A stretch of 64,000 bases of DNA from Bacteroidales bacterium (GCA_017651185.1 JAGCDJ010000022.1:26688-90687), one strand, 5' to 3'; counted from the stretch's first letter, positions 36,442 through 46,987 are shown. Notes: generated by a model not told the origin, from the sequence alone. Translations and numbers: made by a program.

Positions 36442-37702
36442 GTTTTACCACCCTGTGCGACACCGAAACGCCCTCAGACTTTATGCCCACAATGTAAACT
36501 CCATTGGGCAAATCCGAAACATCTCGTACAACAACCTCATCATCAGCGACCTGAACAGCAAACGAAAGTACAACCCTTCCAAGCAAAGAGTATACATTTA
36601 CATCAACCTCGCGTGGCTTTTCTGTTCTCAGTCGCACTATAAGTTCATCATTCACAGGATTTTGCACAACAGACTGGAATCCTGCCTCGGTACTTTCCGA
36701 TGCATATCCAACATCGCCAAAGGCCAACTCGGCGACAACTGGCAGGTGGTCGCTCATATTGTACAAGGCATCAATCACATTGCTTGGCAAGGTACTGTTA
36801 GTAGGAGAACTTATCGAAGCATTGAACCTGTTACCATCTTGACCTACCGCCCAATACGAATCCTCGCAATAGGTTATGCCCTTTGTTCCATTTATAATGC
36901 TGGATGACATAAGGATGAAGTCGAAGCGGTCGTCCATGCCACCGCCCGAAAAGCAATCATTTCCACCATCGCCACTACGGGTTGATTGGGTATGATATTC
37001 GCTGAAATTCCAGTTATTGTTCCACTCTCCCATCTCGTTTACCGGATCGTAAAATGCAATAGGCAAATACGATGGATTTACAAGATTCTGGAATGCCGGC
37101 TCTGATGCACGATACACATTGAAGTCGCCACATACAATGAAATTATCGTTGTTGCCCTGCGTAGTAAGATAATTCATTAGCTGCTGTATTTCGGTACCAC
37201 GGTCGGCGGCATACTCTGTCCCTGCCTTCAAATGTACGATTGCAACCTTCAAGGTATCGCCCTGCTGCTTGTGCTTTAGTTTATATATGTTTATCTCACG
37301 TATATCAGTATCAACCTTTGTCTGCGCTACAAGCAAAAATTTTGTCTGGTCGTAAAAAAGAGCATTGTTAAGGTATGTATTGCCAGATGCATTTGCTGCT
37401 TTCCATCTTGTCACCCCGTTAACATTCAACGAATTGCCAAGAATATACGAAATAGAATATGCCAAACTGGGATTTCTACCGCCAACTTCGCAACAGCAGA
37501 GAATATCGGGCTGCTGGTTGGCAACAATTGTAGCCAAATAACCCGCCTTTGCCACATGAGAATTGTTTTCTGTCGTACAATAATTCGGATAATTATTGAA
37601 ATTCAACAAGTTATAACTCATAACCTTGATTCTTCCCTGCGAAAATCCTTGCAGGAAAACCAAGATTGCAACAACTAACAATATTCCGAACCTAGAGCGC
37701 AT
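36434..37702 (-). CDS. endonuclease/exonuclease/phosphatase (EEP) family protein with T9SS C-terminal sorting domain
   Basis: 422 aa. A signal peptide, EEP-like motifs (KVMSYNLLNF, CCEVGG, GDFNVY, SDHLPVV), and a C-terminal ~80 aa beta-rich tail (VNVYSLLGRVV...NGVYIVGIKSEGVSVSHRVVKHE) of the T9SS CTD type. Confidence 0.8.
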   Translation of the reverse strand: MRSRFGILLVVAILVFLQGFSQGRIKVMSYNLLNFNNYPNYCTTENNSHVAKAGYLATIVANQQPDILCCCEVGGRNPSLAYSISYILGNSLNVNGVTRWKAANASGNTYLNNALFYDQTKFLLVAQTKVDTDIREINIYKLKHKQQGDTLKVAIVHLKAGTEYAADRGTEIQQLMNYLTTQGNNDNFIVCGDFNVYRASEPAFQNLVNPSYLPIAFYDPVNEMGEWNNNWNFSEYHTQSTRSGDGGNDCFSGGGMDDRFDFILMSSSIINGTKGITYCEDSYWAVGQDGNRFNASISSPTNSTLPSNVIDALYNMSDHLPVVAELAFGDVGYASESTEAGFQSVVQNPVNDELIVRLRTEKPREVDVNVYSLLGRVVLSFAVQVADDEVVVRDVSDLPNGVYIVGIKSEGVSVSHRVVKHE

Positions 37703-37711
37703 GATTTCAAA

Positions 37712-40591
37712 TTAATTCATCACAGTTTTCTGCTTTACTTCTACAATCTTACCGTATTTAGCAAGTTCCTTCATGTCAATTTTCTTCTTGTTGCCGACAA
37801 TGGTAATAAGAATCGGACGACCATGAATATTACGTTTGTAGAAATCAACTATGTTGTCAAATTCCAGTGACTTATAAATTTCATACTGCTTTATGCGCGG
37901 GTCTTCCTTGTAGCCGAAAAGTCTCCATTTTTCAACAGTCTCGGTAACTTCGCGTTCATCGGGTTTAGATGTCAGCAACGACTGCATCAAATAATCCTTC
38001 ACGCCACGCATACGCTTCTCTTTCATCGGCATATCGTTTATTAGTCCTGTCATTACAGAAATAGCATCAATGGTCTTGTCGGCCTGTGTGCCGATGAAAG
38101 CCATGAACTTGGATTTATCCTTTTGTGTCAACCCCGTACGGCTAACAGCATACGCTGTATATGCCATCGAGCGGAATTCCCTAATCTCTTGGAATACAAG
38201 CGACGACATTCCTGTACCGAAATACTGGTTGAATGCATCCATATTTGCCATCTGCTTTTCATCCAGAACCTCGCCCTCGATGTAAAAGTAAATTTTGCTC
38301 TGAGCCGCCTTCGAATCGTTGATAAACATTATTGTATTCTCGGAATATTGCTTTGTTGGCAGAATCTTCGGGAATTCTCCATTTACTTCAACAGAACCAA
38401 AATCCATTGTTTTCACCAATGAAATTACATCGTCCGACTTCAAACTACCAGAATAATGCACAGTATACGGATTTTTCTTCACCTGCGACAAAACTGACAT
38501 CATTTCATCGGATGTTATTTTCGATACTTCTTTTGCACTGGTACGACGCAAATACTTTGAATTTTCACCAAATATACCATATTGAATCAAAGCAGAAGCA
38601 ATATCATCTGTTGACTTACGCTCCATCTTGCGGTTCATGGCATCTTCTTCAGTTATCCTTTCTAGCTTTGAATCATCTGGATTTGCATCTGTGAGCAAAC
38701 TCAAAACCAAACTAACCGACTCCTTGAAGAACTTGTTAAAACCATCAATATAAACAGTAAAATAGTTATCATCGGCAGAAATTGAGAACGAAGCCGCATA
38801 TTTCTGAAGTTCCTTGTTGAACTCGTCGTTAGTGTATTTTGACGTACCTATATACTGAAGATATGAAGCCAACTGGTCGTATTTCGGATTGTCTTTCAAT
38901 CCAGTCTTGAACTTTATCTCCATATTGAAAATGTCATTCTGGTTGAACTTTGAATAATACATGTCAACACCTTTTTCAATAGCAAAATACTCATAGTCAT
39001 TGCCTTCCTTAACAAACTTGGGCGACATAGTTTTCACTGGCATTTCCTCAAATTTCATGGCATAATCGGATGATACCTCAGCGTTTTCGGGCACTACCGG
39101 GTCAAAACCTGGCTTGTCCAACTTGTCCTTGTCGGGGAATCCCATTTTTGAATGATATGACAAATAGTTGTCGTTCAAATACTTTTCTGCTACCTCCTTG
39201 ATATTTTCGGGCGTTATGCTCTCGATATATTTCGGATAGGCAAGTACATCATCCCATTCCACACCGGTAAGGAAACATTCTCCCATCCTATATGCACGCA
39301 TCTCAGGATCTTCCATTTCTGACTCAAAATCCTTTATCATTTCAAGTTTTATTGCCTCCAACTGCTCCTTGTCAACTTCCTCGGTACGCAGACGCTTTAT
39401 CTCGTTAACAACCAATGCTTCAGCATCTTCGAACTTCTGTCCCAGAATTTTTGGAACATACAAAACCATCATTCCTCCATGGTCGATGCGTTCATTGTTG
39501 ATTGCCATTGCCGCCAACAACTTCCTATCATTCATAAGTTTATCGAGATAACCTGTTGATGAAGAATTGTTTAGCAAAGTCTGGCATACGGAAAGCACAT
39601 ATCTATCCTTGTCGCTCATTGTAACCGTACGATAACCTAGTACACCCATACGGACAGGTGTCAAAGACACTTCAACAGACTCAACACCATTGAAAGGTTT
39701 TTCCTCATATTTGGGATACTCAGGAACATCCCCCCTGCGCCATTCTCCAAAATACTTTTCAATCATCGGTTTAATTTCCGAAACCTTAAAGTTTCCTGTC
39801 ATTATCAAAGCCATATTGTTTGCGACATAATAAGTGTCGTACATTTTCTGCATGGTCGTAAGCGACGGATTCTTAATATGGTCTGCTTTTCCTATGACGG
39901 TCTGAGTTCCATACGGATGGTTCTTGTAGAAATACGACAAGAACGACTCCATAAGGTTGGACGTAAACTCATCGGAATACATGTTCTTTTCCTCGAAAAC
40001 TGTTTCCAACTCCGACTGGAACAACCTGAAAACCGGATGTTTAAAGCGGTGCGAGTACAACTCCATCCATTTTTCCATCTGTCCCACCGGAAATGCATTG
40101 AAATAAGCAACAACCTCATCCGATGTGAAGGCGTTTACCATTGTTGCTCCCATTCCATCGAGCAGTTTGTCAAGTTCGTTTGGAATAGCAAACTTTCCTG
40201 CCTTCAACGACAAGGCATTGATTTCCTTCTGGATTTCCTTGCGACGAGTATCATCGGTAGTTGCAGCAAGTTCGTCATATTTCATCGTAATGCTGTCCAA
40301 ATAAACCTTTTCCGCCTTATAGTCAATGGTTCCTATTTCATCAGTTCCCTTAAACATCATGTGTTCAAGGTAATGCGATGTACCAGTATGGTCTTTAGGA
40401 TCATATTTTCCACCTGTCTTGATGGCAACTGCACCAAGAACTACTGAAGCTTTCGGGTCCTCGTTAAGATAAACATTAAGTCCGTTGGACAACTCGTAAT
40501 GAACAACTTCAAGACTTTTGTTTTTTTGTGAAAAAGCGAACGTACTACAAACTATCGCCAGGAACAAAAAAGTTATTTTTTTCATATTCAA
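37712..40591 (-). CDS. M16 (pitrilysin/insulinase) family zinc peptidase
   Basis: 959 aa. A signal peptide and the inverted zinc motif HxxEH in GTSHYLEHMMFKGT. The size fits a two-module M16 enzyme. Confidence 0.88.
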   Translation of the reverse strand: MNMKKITFLFLAIVCSTFAFSQKNKSLEVVHYELSNGLNVYLNEDPKASVVLGAVAIKTGGKYDPKDHTGTSHYLEHMMFKGTDEIGTIDYKAEKVYLDSITMKYDELAATTDDTRRKEIQKEINALSLKAGKFAIPNELDKLLDGMGATMVNAFTSDEVVAYFNAFPVGQMEKWMELYSHRFKHPVFRLFQSELETVFEEKNMYSDEFTSNLMESFLSYFYKNHPYGTQTVIGKADHIKNPSLTTMQKMYDTYYVANNMALIMTGNFKVSEIKPMIEKYFGEWRRGDVPEYPKYEEKPFNGVESVEVSLTPVRMGVLGYRTVTMSDKDRYVLSVCQTLLNNSSSTGYLDKLMNDRKLLAAMAINNERIDHGGMMVLYVPKILGQKFEDAEALVVNEIKRLRTEEVDKEQLEAIKLEMIKDFESEMEDPEMRAYRMGECFLTGVEWDDVLAYPKYIESITPENIKEVAEKYLNDNYLSYHSKMGFPDKDKLDKPGFDPVVPENAEVSSDYAMKFEEMPVKTMSPKFVKEGNDYEYFAIEKGVDMYYSKFNQNDIFNMEIKFKTGLKDNPKYDQLASYLQYIGTSKYTNDEFNKELQKYAASFSISADDNYFTVYIDGFNKFFKESVSLVLSLLTDANPDDSKLERITEEDAMNRKMERKSTDDIASALIQYGIFGENSKYLRRTSAKEVSKITSDEMMSVLSQVKKNPYTVHYSGSLKSDDVISLVKTMDFGSVEVNGEFPKILPTKQYSENTIMFINDSKAAQSKIYFYIEGEVLDEKQMANMDAFNQYFGTGMSSLVFQEIREFRSMAYTAYAVSRTGLTQKDKSKFMAFIGTQADKTIDAISVMTGLINDMPMKEKRMRGVKDYLMQSLLTSKPDEREVTETVEKWRLFGYKEDPRIKQYEIYKSLEFDNIVDFYKRNIHGRPILITIVGNKKKIDMKELAKYGKIVEVKQKTVMN

Positions 40592-41473
40592 CTATTTATA
40601 TTTCTTTTTAAAATCTTTTTTCTTCAATACATTAGTGGAGACAATAGAGACTTCTTTCTTTGGCACCCCATCCAAATTGGTTCCTATCCCCGACAAGCGC
40701 CCCACAACATCTTCGCCGACAGAAATTTCCCCGAAAACCGTATAACGGCCTTCGTACATAGGAACACCACCATCTTTAAGGTATCTTTCAATATTTTTTT
40801 CCGAAATAGAGAACAATTCTATGCCATCCTTATCAATCTGTGGCCTTACAATATTCATTAACTCAGCATACCTTTCATTGTACTGCTTCATGGTTTGCAT
40901 GGTTTGCAACGCTTTCATGCTATCCTTCAATGCAGCATTTTCGGGACGAGACAAATACTCCTCTATATATAATTTATAGGTATCTCGATTCTTAATGGCT
41001 ATGGTAGTCCTAATCTCATGAATATCCAATTTTTTGCCACCATCAATTATGAAAAAAAGACATGCATCCGAGGATTTTTCTGGATTTTCGGCACCATCAA
41101 CACTCTTCATCGCAATTGTATAGCGCAAAGGCAGTATCTTCTCGTTAAATTCAGATGGCAAAGTTCGACCACCATTCAAGTCGGCAGACAACAAGTCCTT
41201 CTCTCGGTTTCCCCTGCGCAATCCAAACGAATATTCTGTATTTCTAACTGCCGAGTACATAAGAGTACCGTCGTAAAAGTTTGAACTGCATTTTCCTATA
41301 AAATTATCACGATGCGCTGGTGTACCCTCGTACAGACCGACAACAAGACTGCCTTCTGTTGTTTCTAACTCAACATAATTTTTAATTTTCAACGGATTAC
41401 GCAAAGCACTACATGACTGCAAAAAAACTGCACCAAGCACACCTACGAAAAGTATCCGCAATATTTTTTTCAC
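40592..41473 (-). CDS. cyclophilin-type peptidyl-prolyl isomerase, lipoprotein
   Basis: 293 aa. The signal ends in LQSCS. Cyclophilin blocks include TTEGSLVVGLYEGTPAHRDNFI and YTVFGEISVGEDVV. Confidence 0.8.
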   Translation of the reverse strand: MKKILRILFVGVLGAVFLQSCSALRNPLKIKNYVELETTEGSLVVGLYEGTPAHRDNFIGKCSSNFYDGTLMYSAVRNTEYSFGLRRGNREKDLLSADLNGGRTLPSEFNEKILPLRYTIAMKSVDGAENPEKSSDACLFFIIDGGKKLDIHEIRTTIAIKNRDTYKLYIEEYLSRPENAALKDSMKALQTMQTMKQYNERYAELMNIVRPQIDKDGIELFSISEKNIERYLKDGGVPMYEGRYTVFGEISVGEDVVGRLSGIGTNLDGVPKKEVSIVSTNVLKKKDFKKKYK

Positions 41474-41538
41474 AAATTAAAATTTATATTGTTTTTTTTA
41501 TTAATATTGTCGGCGTAAAATTAGAAAAAAATTTACGA

Positions 41539-41958
41539 ATGGATATGAAAAAAAATGTTGTAATATTTCTGGCTTTAGCCATAACATTAGGCGCTATGAT
41601 ATTAATCGGCGGATGCCGCAAACCTGTTGCGCCCAAAGCAATCGTAAGAATTGTTGACACCGACAAGCAACCTGTAGAAAATGCAATGGTCATAATTAAG
41701 GCAAACAATTCGGACAGTGCACATACGGTTGTTTATTTCAAAGACGAGACAAAATCGGTAGCCGACACGCAGTATACCACTTCTAGCGGCGTACTCGAAT
41801 ACGAATTCAAGTATGAATCAATACTGAAGGTAGAAGCAACCAAGGCAGCAGACAGAACTCACCCATTCATCAGAAGAGGCATGGGCGTTCTTGTGCTTGA
41901 AAACAACAAGACTGCCGACGTTACTATTGAAATCAACGAACAGACCGTATTCAACTAG
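41539..41958 (+). CDS. small lipoprotein with CarboxypepD_reg-like beta domain
   Basis: ORF 41413..41958. The internal ATG at 41539 gives MDMKKNVVIFLALAITLGAMILIGGCRKP (lipobox). IVRIVDTDKQPVENAMVIIKAN resembles carboxypeptidase-regulatory-like folds. Confidence 0.55.
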   Translation: MDMKKNVVIFLALAITLGAMILIGGCRKPVAPKAIVRIVDTDKQPVENAMVIIKANNSDSAHTVVYFKDETKSVADTQYTTSSGVLEYEFKYESILKVEATKAADRTHPFIRRGMGVLVLENNKTADVTIEINEQTVFN

Positions 41959-41966
41959 GATTTAAT

Positions 41967-43202
41967 ATGAAAAGAGTTTTATTTGCCATAGCATTTGTGG
42001 CACTTAGTGCTTGTGTATTTGCTCAAGTTACAATAAATTCGAGCAATTATTACAAACCCGGAAGCACAACTATTGACATATATACAGTGCAAAACGATGC
42101 AACAGATTCTGTATCAACAACCAATATTTTAACTACGCCATTAAATTTTGGCAATTCGCTCGAAACACAATTTAGTGTGTACGGGATTGTTGACACTGTT
42201 ACATATGCAGAACCTGCTACCGAAGGCAAATTCACAGATGAGACATGCTCGTTTGAAGACGGAAATGGAATGCGTATGCATTTGAAAGTTACCGACGAAA
42301 AAGCCGTATGCCTAGGCGTAAGCGGAGCGTTGGCACAATTAGGTCTCAACGATGCCATAGATGTTCAGTTCGAAGAAGCAATGGATGTCATAACTTTCCC
42401 AGCCCAATTGAACTCGCAGACCAACAGCAATGCTCACGGATTGTATCTTGAACACATCAGCGCATTGCAAAATGCATTCAACGATATGGAAATGGGTGAT
42501 ATGGTCTACAGTTTTGTTACAGCAGAATACGACTCAATAAAAGTTGACATACAAGTAACCTTCAATTCCGTTTTCGAACAGACAGGAACTTTAACTCTTT
42601 CTGGAAATAGGATGATGCGAGGCAATTACGTATATCTTCGTGAAAACAGACAATTCTCGTACATAACGAATTTGTATATGCACAGGATTGATGCTTCCGA
42701 ATTTACTATCATAAGCGATTGTACGCTCACAAATCCATTGTTCCAAATGTATTTTGGAAGCGCAACTATAAATCTTGGAGAAGCATTGAACGAACTTATG
42801 GGTATGTCGTTCCCGATGACTTCAACAAGCATAATGCAAAACTACTGGAGAGCAGACGACAACTATCCAATAGTTGAAATGACAACCAATGCTGACTTAA
42901 GTTACACCAAACATCTTTCTATAAGATATGGAGAAAACAATGACGATGACAATTTCATAAATGAGACAGAAACCGTTATCAGTATTTTCCCAAACCCCAC
43001 AACCGACATTCTCTACATTGCAGTTGAAGACATGGACAAAGGAAGCATGAATATATATTCGGCAAATGGTGCACTTGTAAAGGAAGTTAATTTGAACGGC
43101 AACCATAACAGCATAAATGTAAATGACTTGCACAATGGATGCTATTTCTTCAGGATTTTCTACGGAGACAAAGAAATAAAAGGTAATTTTGCAAAGAATT
43201 GA
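41967..43202 (+). CDS. secreted protein with T9SS type-A C-terminal sorting domain
   Basis: 411 aa. A signal peptide. The C-terminus ISIFPNPTTDILYIAVEDMDKGSMNIYSANGALVKEVNLNG...NGCYFFRIFYGDKEIKGNFAKN is a classic Por/T9SS CTD. Confidence 0.78.
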   Translation: MKRVLFAIAFVALSACVFAQVTINSSNYYKPGSTTIDIYTVQNDATDSVSTTNILTTPLNFGNSLETQFSVYGIVDTVTYAEPATEGKFTDETCSFEDGNGMRMHLKVTDEKAVCLGVSGALAQLGLNDAIDVQFEEAMDVITFPAQLNSQTNSNAHGLYLEHISALQNAFNDMEMGDMVYSFVTAEYDSIKVDIQVTFNSVFEQTGTLTLSGNRMMRGNYVYLRENRQFSYITNLYMHRIDASEFTIISDCTLTNPLFQMYFGSATINLGEALNELMGMSFPMTSTSIMQNYWRADDNYPIVEMTTNADLSYTKHLSIRYGENNDDDNFINETETVISIFPNPTTDILYIAVEDMDKGSMNIYSANGALVKEVNLNGNHNSINVNDLHNGCYFFRIFYGDKEIKGNFAKN

Positions 43203-43211
43203 TAAAGGTCT

Positions 43212-43285
43212 GGGGTATTAGCTCAGTTGGCTAGAGTGCATGGCTGGCAGCCATGAGGTCATCGGTTCGACCCCGATATACTCCA
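43212..43285 (+). tRNA. tRNA-Ala (anticodon GGC), CCA encoded at 43286-43288
   Basis: Manual fold: acceptor GGGGTAT/ATACTCC with the diagnostic G3-U70 pair, anticodon arm CATGG-CTGGCAG-CCATG, T-arm ATCGG-TTCGACC-CCGAT. Confidence 0.9.
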
Positions 43286-43294
43286 CCAGAAGGA

Positions 43295-43317
43295 AGCGGC
43301 TGATTAGCCGCTTTTTT
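43295..43317 (+). terminator. rho-independent terminator after tRNA-Ala
   Basis: AGCGGCT/AGCCGCT stem with a GATT loop, followed by TTTTTT. Confidence 0.8.
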
Positions 43318-43428
43318 CGTATGATACCACAAGATTTAAGTCTCCTCTCGAGTTAAAACATATATACCTAACAACCAACATATTAATTGTTTATTAATAT
43401 TTTTATATGAAATTCGGACAATTTTTAG

Positions 43429-43436
43429 TACCTTTG
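43429..43436 (+). promoter_or_regulatory. Bacteroidota -7 promoter motif (TACCTTTG) at the head of the biosynthetic operon
   Basis: TAnnTTTG match 38 nt upstream of the ATG at 43474. I found no other obvious promoter-sized gap in the next 20 kb. Confidence 0.5.
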
Positions 43437-43473
43437 CAGTTTTAAAAATTTTCATGTTCATAGAAATGTTGTT

Positions 43474-45012
43474 ATGGCAATATTTACTGACAGATTGACA
43501 CTTAATGAGGTTGAAAAAATTCTATTTTCAGCCGAAAATATCAATATATCCAAAGAATGGATAGACCGCGTTGAGGCCTGCTATCATTTTCTGGAAAAAT
43601 TTGCTGCAGAAAAGGTCATATACGGAATCAACACAGGCTTCGGTCCTATGGCACAATGGCGCGTTGACGACAAATATCTCTCGGATTTACAATACAATAT
43701 CATCCGTAGCCATGCCACTGGCGCAGGCGAACCATTGGACGACATTTACGTAAAGTCGGCAATGATTGCCCGTCTCGGCACTGTATTGCAATGCCGTTCG
43801 GGTGTTCACCCAGATGTTGCCAGACTACTCATTTCGTTCATAAACGAAGGCATATATCCATTCATTCCTGTACACGGAAGCGTAGGCGCAAGCGGAGACC
43901 TCGTACAACTGGCACACATAGCCCTTTGCCTCATCGGTGAAGGCGAAGTCCACTACAAAGGCGAATGGCGCAAATCAGCCGACGTGATGAAGCAACTCGG
44001 ACTTACCCCATTGAAGGTTCACATTCGCGAAGGTCTGTCAATCACCAACGGCACTTCCGTTATGACGGGAATTAGCGTTGTAAACCAGATACACGCCGAA
44101 AATCTTCTTGACTGGGCAACACTCGCCGCCGTATGGATGAACGAAATCGCTTCTTCGTTCGACGACTACATGGCACTAGAGGAAAACGAATGCCGCCGCC
44201 ACGAAGGGCAGCAAGTAATCGCTCGCCGTATGCGTGAAATATCGGAAGGTTCAAAATGCATGAAAAAACGTGCTCATGAACTATACGACTATGGTCACAA
44301 GGACGTAAAAGTGTTCGAACACAAAGTTCAAGCATACTATTCGCTTCGTTGCACACCGCAGATTTTAGGTCCAATATACGACACTCTGAAATATGCCCGC
44401 AATATAATCGAAGACGAACTCAACTCGGCTTGCGACAATCCAATAGTTGACCCCGAATCGCAATACGTTTACCACGGAGGCAACTTCCATGGCGATTACA
44501 TTTCGCTTGAGGAAGATAAAGTCAAGATAGCACTTGTTCGTCTTGCTATGACATCCGAACGACAGCTCAACTACCTGTTCCACGACAGAATAAACGGCAT
44601 TTTGCCGCCATTCCTGAACCTTGGAACTCTCGGACTGAACTACGGAATGCAGGCTTGCCAGTTCACAGCAACTTCAACAACAGCAGAATGCCAGACACTC
44701 GCAATGCCGAACTATGTGCACAGCATCCCGAACAACAACGACAACCAGGACATAGTAAGCATGGGAACCAACACTGCATTGATTTGCAAGCACGTAGTTG
44801 AAAACTGCTTCCAAATTATGGCAATCCAGTATATAGCTTTAGCTCAAGCAACCGACTGCCTAAAGATAGCAGACAAACTTTGTCCTACTTCACGCAAAGT
44901 TTATGAAGAAGTACGTAAAATCGTACCTCTGTTCATCGAGGACACTCCTTTCTACAAGGACATTGCAAACATAGAAAACTATTTGAAAACTAATAAATTG
45001 AATTTGAAATAA
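43474..45012 (+). CDS. aromatic amino acid ammonia-lyase (HAL/TAL/PAL family, MIO-dependent)
   Basis: 512 aa. The MIO-forming triad sits in GSVGASGDLVQLAHIAL, with YGINTGFGPMA and NNDNQDIVSMG blocks. Context suggests tyrosine ammonia-lyase as in flexirubin clusters, but the selectivity-switch position reads S-H (IIRSHATGAG). Confidence 0.85.
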   Translation: MAIFTDRLTLNEVEKILFSAENINISKEWIDRVEACYHFLEKFAAEKVIYGINTGFGPMAQWRVDDKYLSDLQYNIIRSHATGAGEPLDDIYVKSAMIARLGTVLQCRSGVHPDVARLLISFINEGIYPFIPVHGSVGASGDLVQLAHIALCLIGEGEVHYKGEWRKSADVMKQLGLTPLKVHIREGLSITNGTSVMTGISVVNQIHAENLLDWATLAAVWMNEIASSFDDYMALEENECRRHEGQQVIARRMREISEGSKCMKKRAHELYDYGHKDVKVFEHKVQAYYSLRCTPQILGPIYDTLKYARNIIEDELNSACDNPIVDPESQYVYHGGNFHGDYISLEEDKVKIALVRLAMTSERQLNYLFHDRINGILPPFLNLGTLGLNYGMQACQFTATSTTAECQTLAMPNYVHSIPNNNDNQDIVSMGTNTALICKHVVENCFQIMAIQYIALAQATDCLKIADKLCPTSRKVYEEVRKIVPLFIEDTPFYKDIANIENYLKTNKLNLK

Positions 45013-45740
45013 TGAAATACGCTCTCATCACCGGTGCTTCTCGTGGTTTGGGCAGGGCTGTCGCCTTGCGCCTCGCCAAAGACGGGTTTGCTGTAATAAT
45101 CAACTACCAGTCGAACAAGGAAGCTGCCGAAGAAACTTTGAAACTTGTCCAGGAAGCTGGCGGAAATGGAGAACTCCTCCCCTTCGATGTTGCCGATTCG
45201 AAAGCAATCGAAACAGCATTGGAATCGTGGCAATCCACCCATCCCGACGAATATATTTCCGTATTGGTAAACAACGCAGGCATAAGAAAAGACAACCTGA
45301 TGATATTCATGCAGGAAACCGAATGGAACAATGTCGTCGACACCACACTGAACGGATTTTTCTACATCACACGCCGACTGTTGAAAGACATGATAACCCA
45401 CAGAAACGGACGTATTATAAACATGTCGTCGCTATCGGGACTAAAGGGTTTGCCAGGACAGACAAACTATTCGGCAGCAAAAGCAGCACTCATTGGTGCA
45501 ACAAAGGCATTGGCACAGGAAGTTGCAGCTAGAAAAATAACCGTCAACGCAATTGCACCAGGTTTCATTTCAACCGACATGACAAAGGAACTAAACGAGG
45601 CAGAACTAAAAAAACTCATACCGATGGGACGTTTCGGAAAACCAGAGGAAGTCGCTAGTTTGACATCGTTCCTTGCATCTGACGAAGCTGCATACATCAC
45701 AGGACAGGTAATTTCAATAAACGGAGGCTTATACACATAA
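45012..45740 (+). CDS. 3-oxoacyl-ACP reductase (SDR, FabG-like)
   Basis: ALITGASRGLGRA cofactor motif and the YSAAKAA catalytic motif. The start overlaps the previous stop (TAATG). Confidence 0.88.
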   Translation: MKYALITGASRGLGRAVALRLAKDGFAVIINYQSNKEAAEETLKLVQEAGGNGELLPFDVADSKAIETALESWQSTHPDEYISVLVNNAGIRKDNLMIFMQETEWNNVVDTTLNGFFYITRRLLKDMITHRNGRIINMSSLSGLKGLPGQTNYSAAKAALIGATKALAQEVAARKITVNAIAPGFISTDMTKELNEAELKKLIPMGRFGKPEEVASLTSFLASDEAAYITGQVISINGGLYT

Positions 45741-45758
45741 AAACAAGAAATTAATATT

Positions 45759-46985
45759 ATGACAAGAAGAGTAGTCATCACAGGCATAGGCATCTGGTCA
45801 TGCATTGGCAAGAACAAAGAAGAAGTAACCGCTTCATTGCGCGAAGGCCGTTCGGGTATCGGCATCGACCCACAACGTACAGAATACGGCTATCGTTCGC
45901 CACTGACAGGAATCGTTGAAAAGCCACAACTTAAAGGCAAACTCGACCGAAAACTTAGAATGTACCTCGCCGAAGAAGGCGAATACGCATACGTAGCCGC
46001 ACTCGAAGCATTCCAGCAGGCAAATATTGACGATGAATACCTACAGAACAACGAAGTTGGCGTAATTTTCGGCAACGATTCCTCTGCAAAGGCTGTCATC
46101 GAATCGCACGAGATGGCAATTGAGAAAAAAGACACCACCTTGATTGGTTCGGCTGCAATATTCCAGTCGATGAACTCGACTGTGACTATGAACCTGTCAA
46201 CCATTTTCCACCTCAAAGGAATAAACATGACAGTGAGCGCAGCATGCGCAAGCGGATCTCACTCAATTGGGTTAGGCGCATTGTTGATTCGTAATGGACT
46301 TCAGGACATGGTACTTTGCGGCGGTGCACAGGAAACCAATTACCTTTCGATGGGCAGTTTCGATGGCATTAGCGCATTCTCAACTCGCATCGATGAACCT
46401 ACAAAGGCCTCCCGTCCGTTCGACCGCAATCGCGACGGACTTGTTCCGAGTGGTGGCGCAGCGGCACTGGTACTCGAAGACTACGACCATGCAGTAGCTC
46501 GTGGAGCTACAATATTAGCCGAAGTTTGCGGATACGGATTCTCGTCGAATGGAGAAAGCCATATTTCGCAACCAAGCGAAGAAGGTTGCATGCGTGCAAT
46601 GTTGCGTGCCATGAAGGAAGCTGACGTAAAAGCAGAAGACATCGACTATGTAAACGCTCACGCAACATCCACCCCACAAGGCGACATGTTCGAGGCTTTG
46701 GCTTTGAAACAATTGTTTGGAAAGACACAAACGCCAATCTCTTCAACAAAATCGATGACAGGACATGAATGCTGGATGGCTGGCGCAAGCGAAATCGTTT
46801 ACTGCATACTAATGATGCAGAACGGCTTTATCGCTCCGAATATAAACTTCGAAAATCCCGACGAATATTCCGACGGACTGAACATTGTGACCAAGGCTAC
46901 AGACAAGCGACTTAACACCATACTCTCCAATTCATTCGGATTTGGAGGCACAAATTCTGCATTATTAATCAAAAAAATAAAGTAA
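45759..46985 (+). CDS. beta-ketoacyl-ACP synthase (KAS I/II type, stand-alone)
   Basis: 408 aa. Active-site Cys in VSAACASGSHSI, with His motifs VNAHATSTPQGD and GHECWMAGA (a Cys-His-His triad). Confidence 0.88.
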   Translation: MTRRVVITGIGIWSCIGKNKEEVTASLREGRSGIGIDPQRTEYGYRSPLTGIVEKPQLKGKLDRKLRMYLAEEGEYAYVAALEAFQQANIDDEYLQNNEVGVIFGNDSSAKAVIESHEMAIEKKDTTLIGSAAIFQSMNSTVTMNLSTIFHLKGINMTVSAACASGSHSIGLGALLIRNGLQDMVLCGGAQETNYLSMGSFDGISAFSTRIDEPTKASRPFDRNRDGLVPSGGAAALVLEDYDHAVARGATILAEVCGYGFSSNGESHISQPSEEGCMRAMLRAMKEADVKAEDIDYVNAHATSTPQGDMFEALALKQLFGKTQTPISSTKSMTGHECWMAGASEIVYCILMMQNGFIAPNINFENPDEYSDGLNIVTKATDKRLNTILSNSFGFGGTNSALLIKKIK

Positions 46986-46987
46986 AT

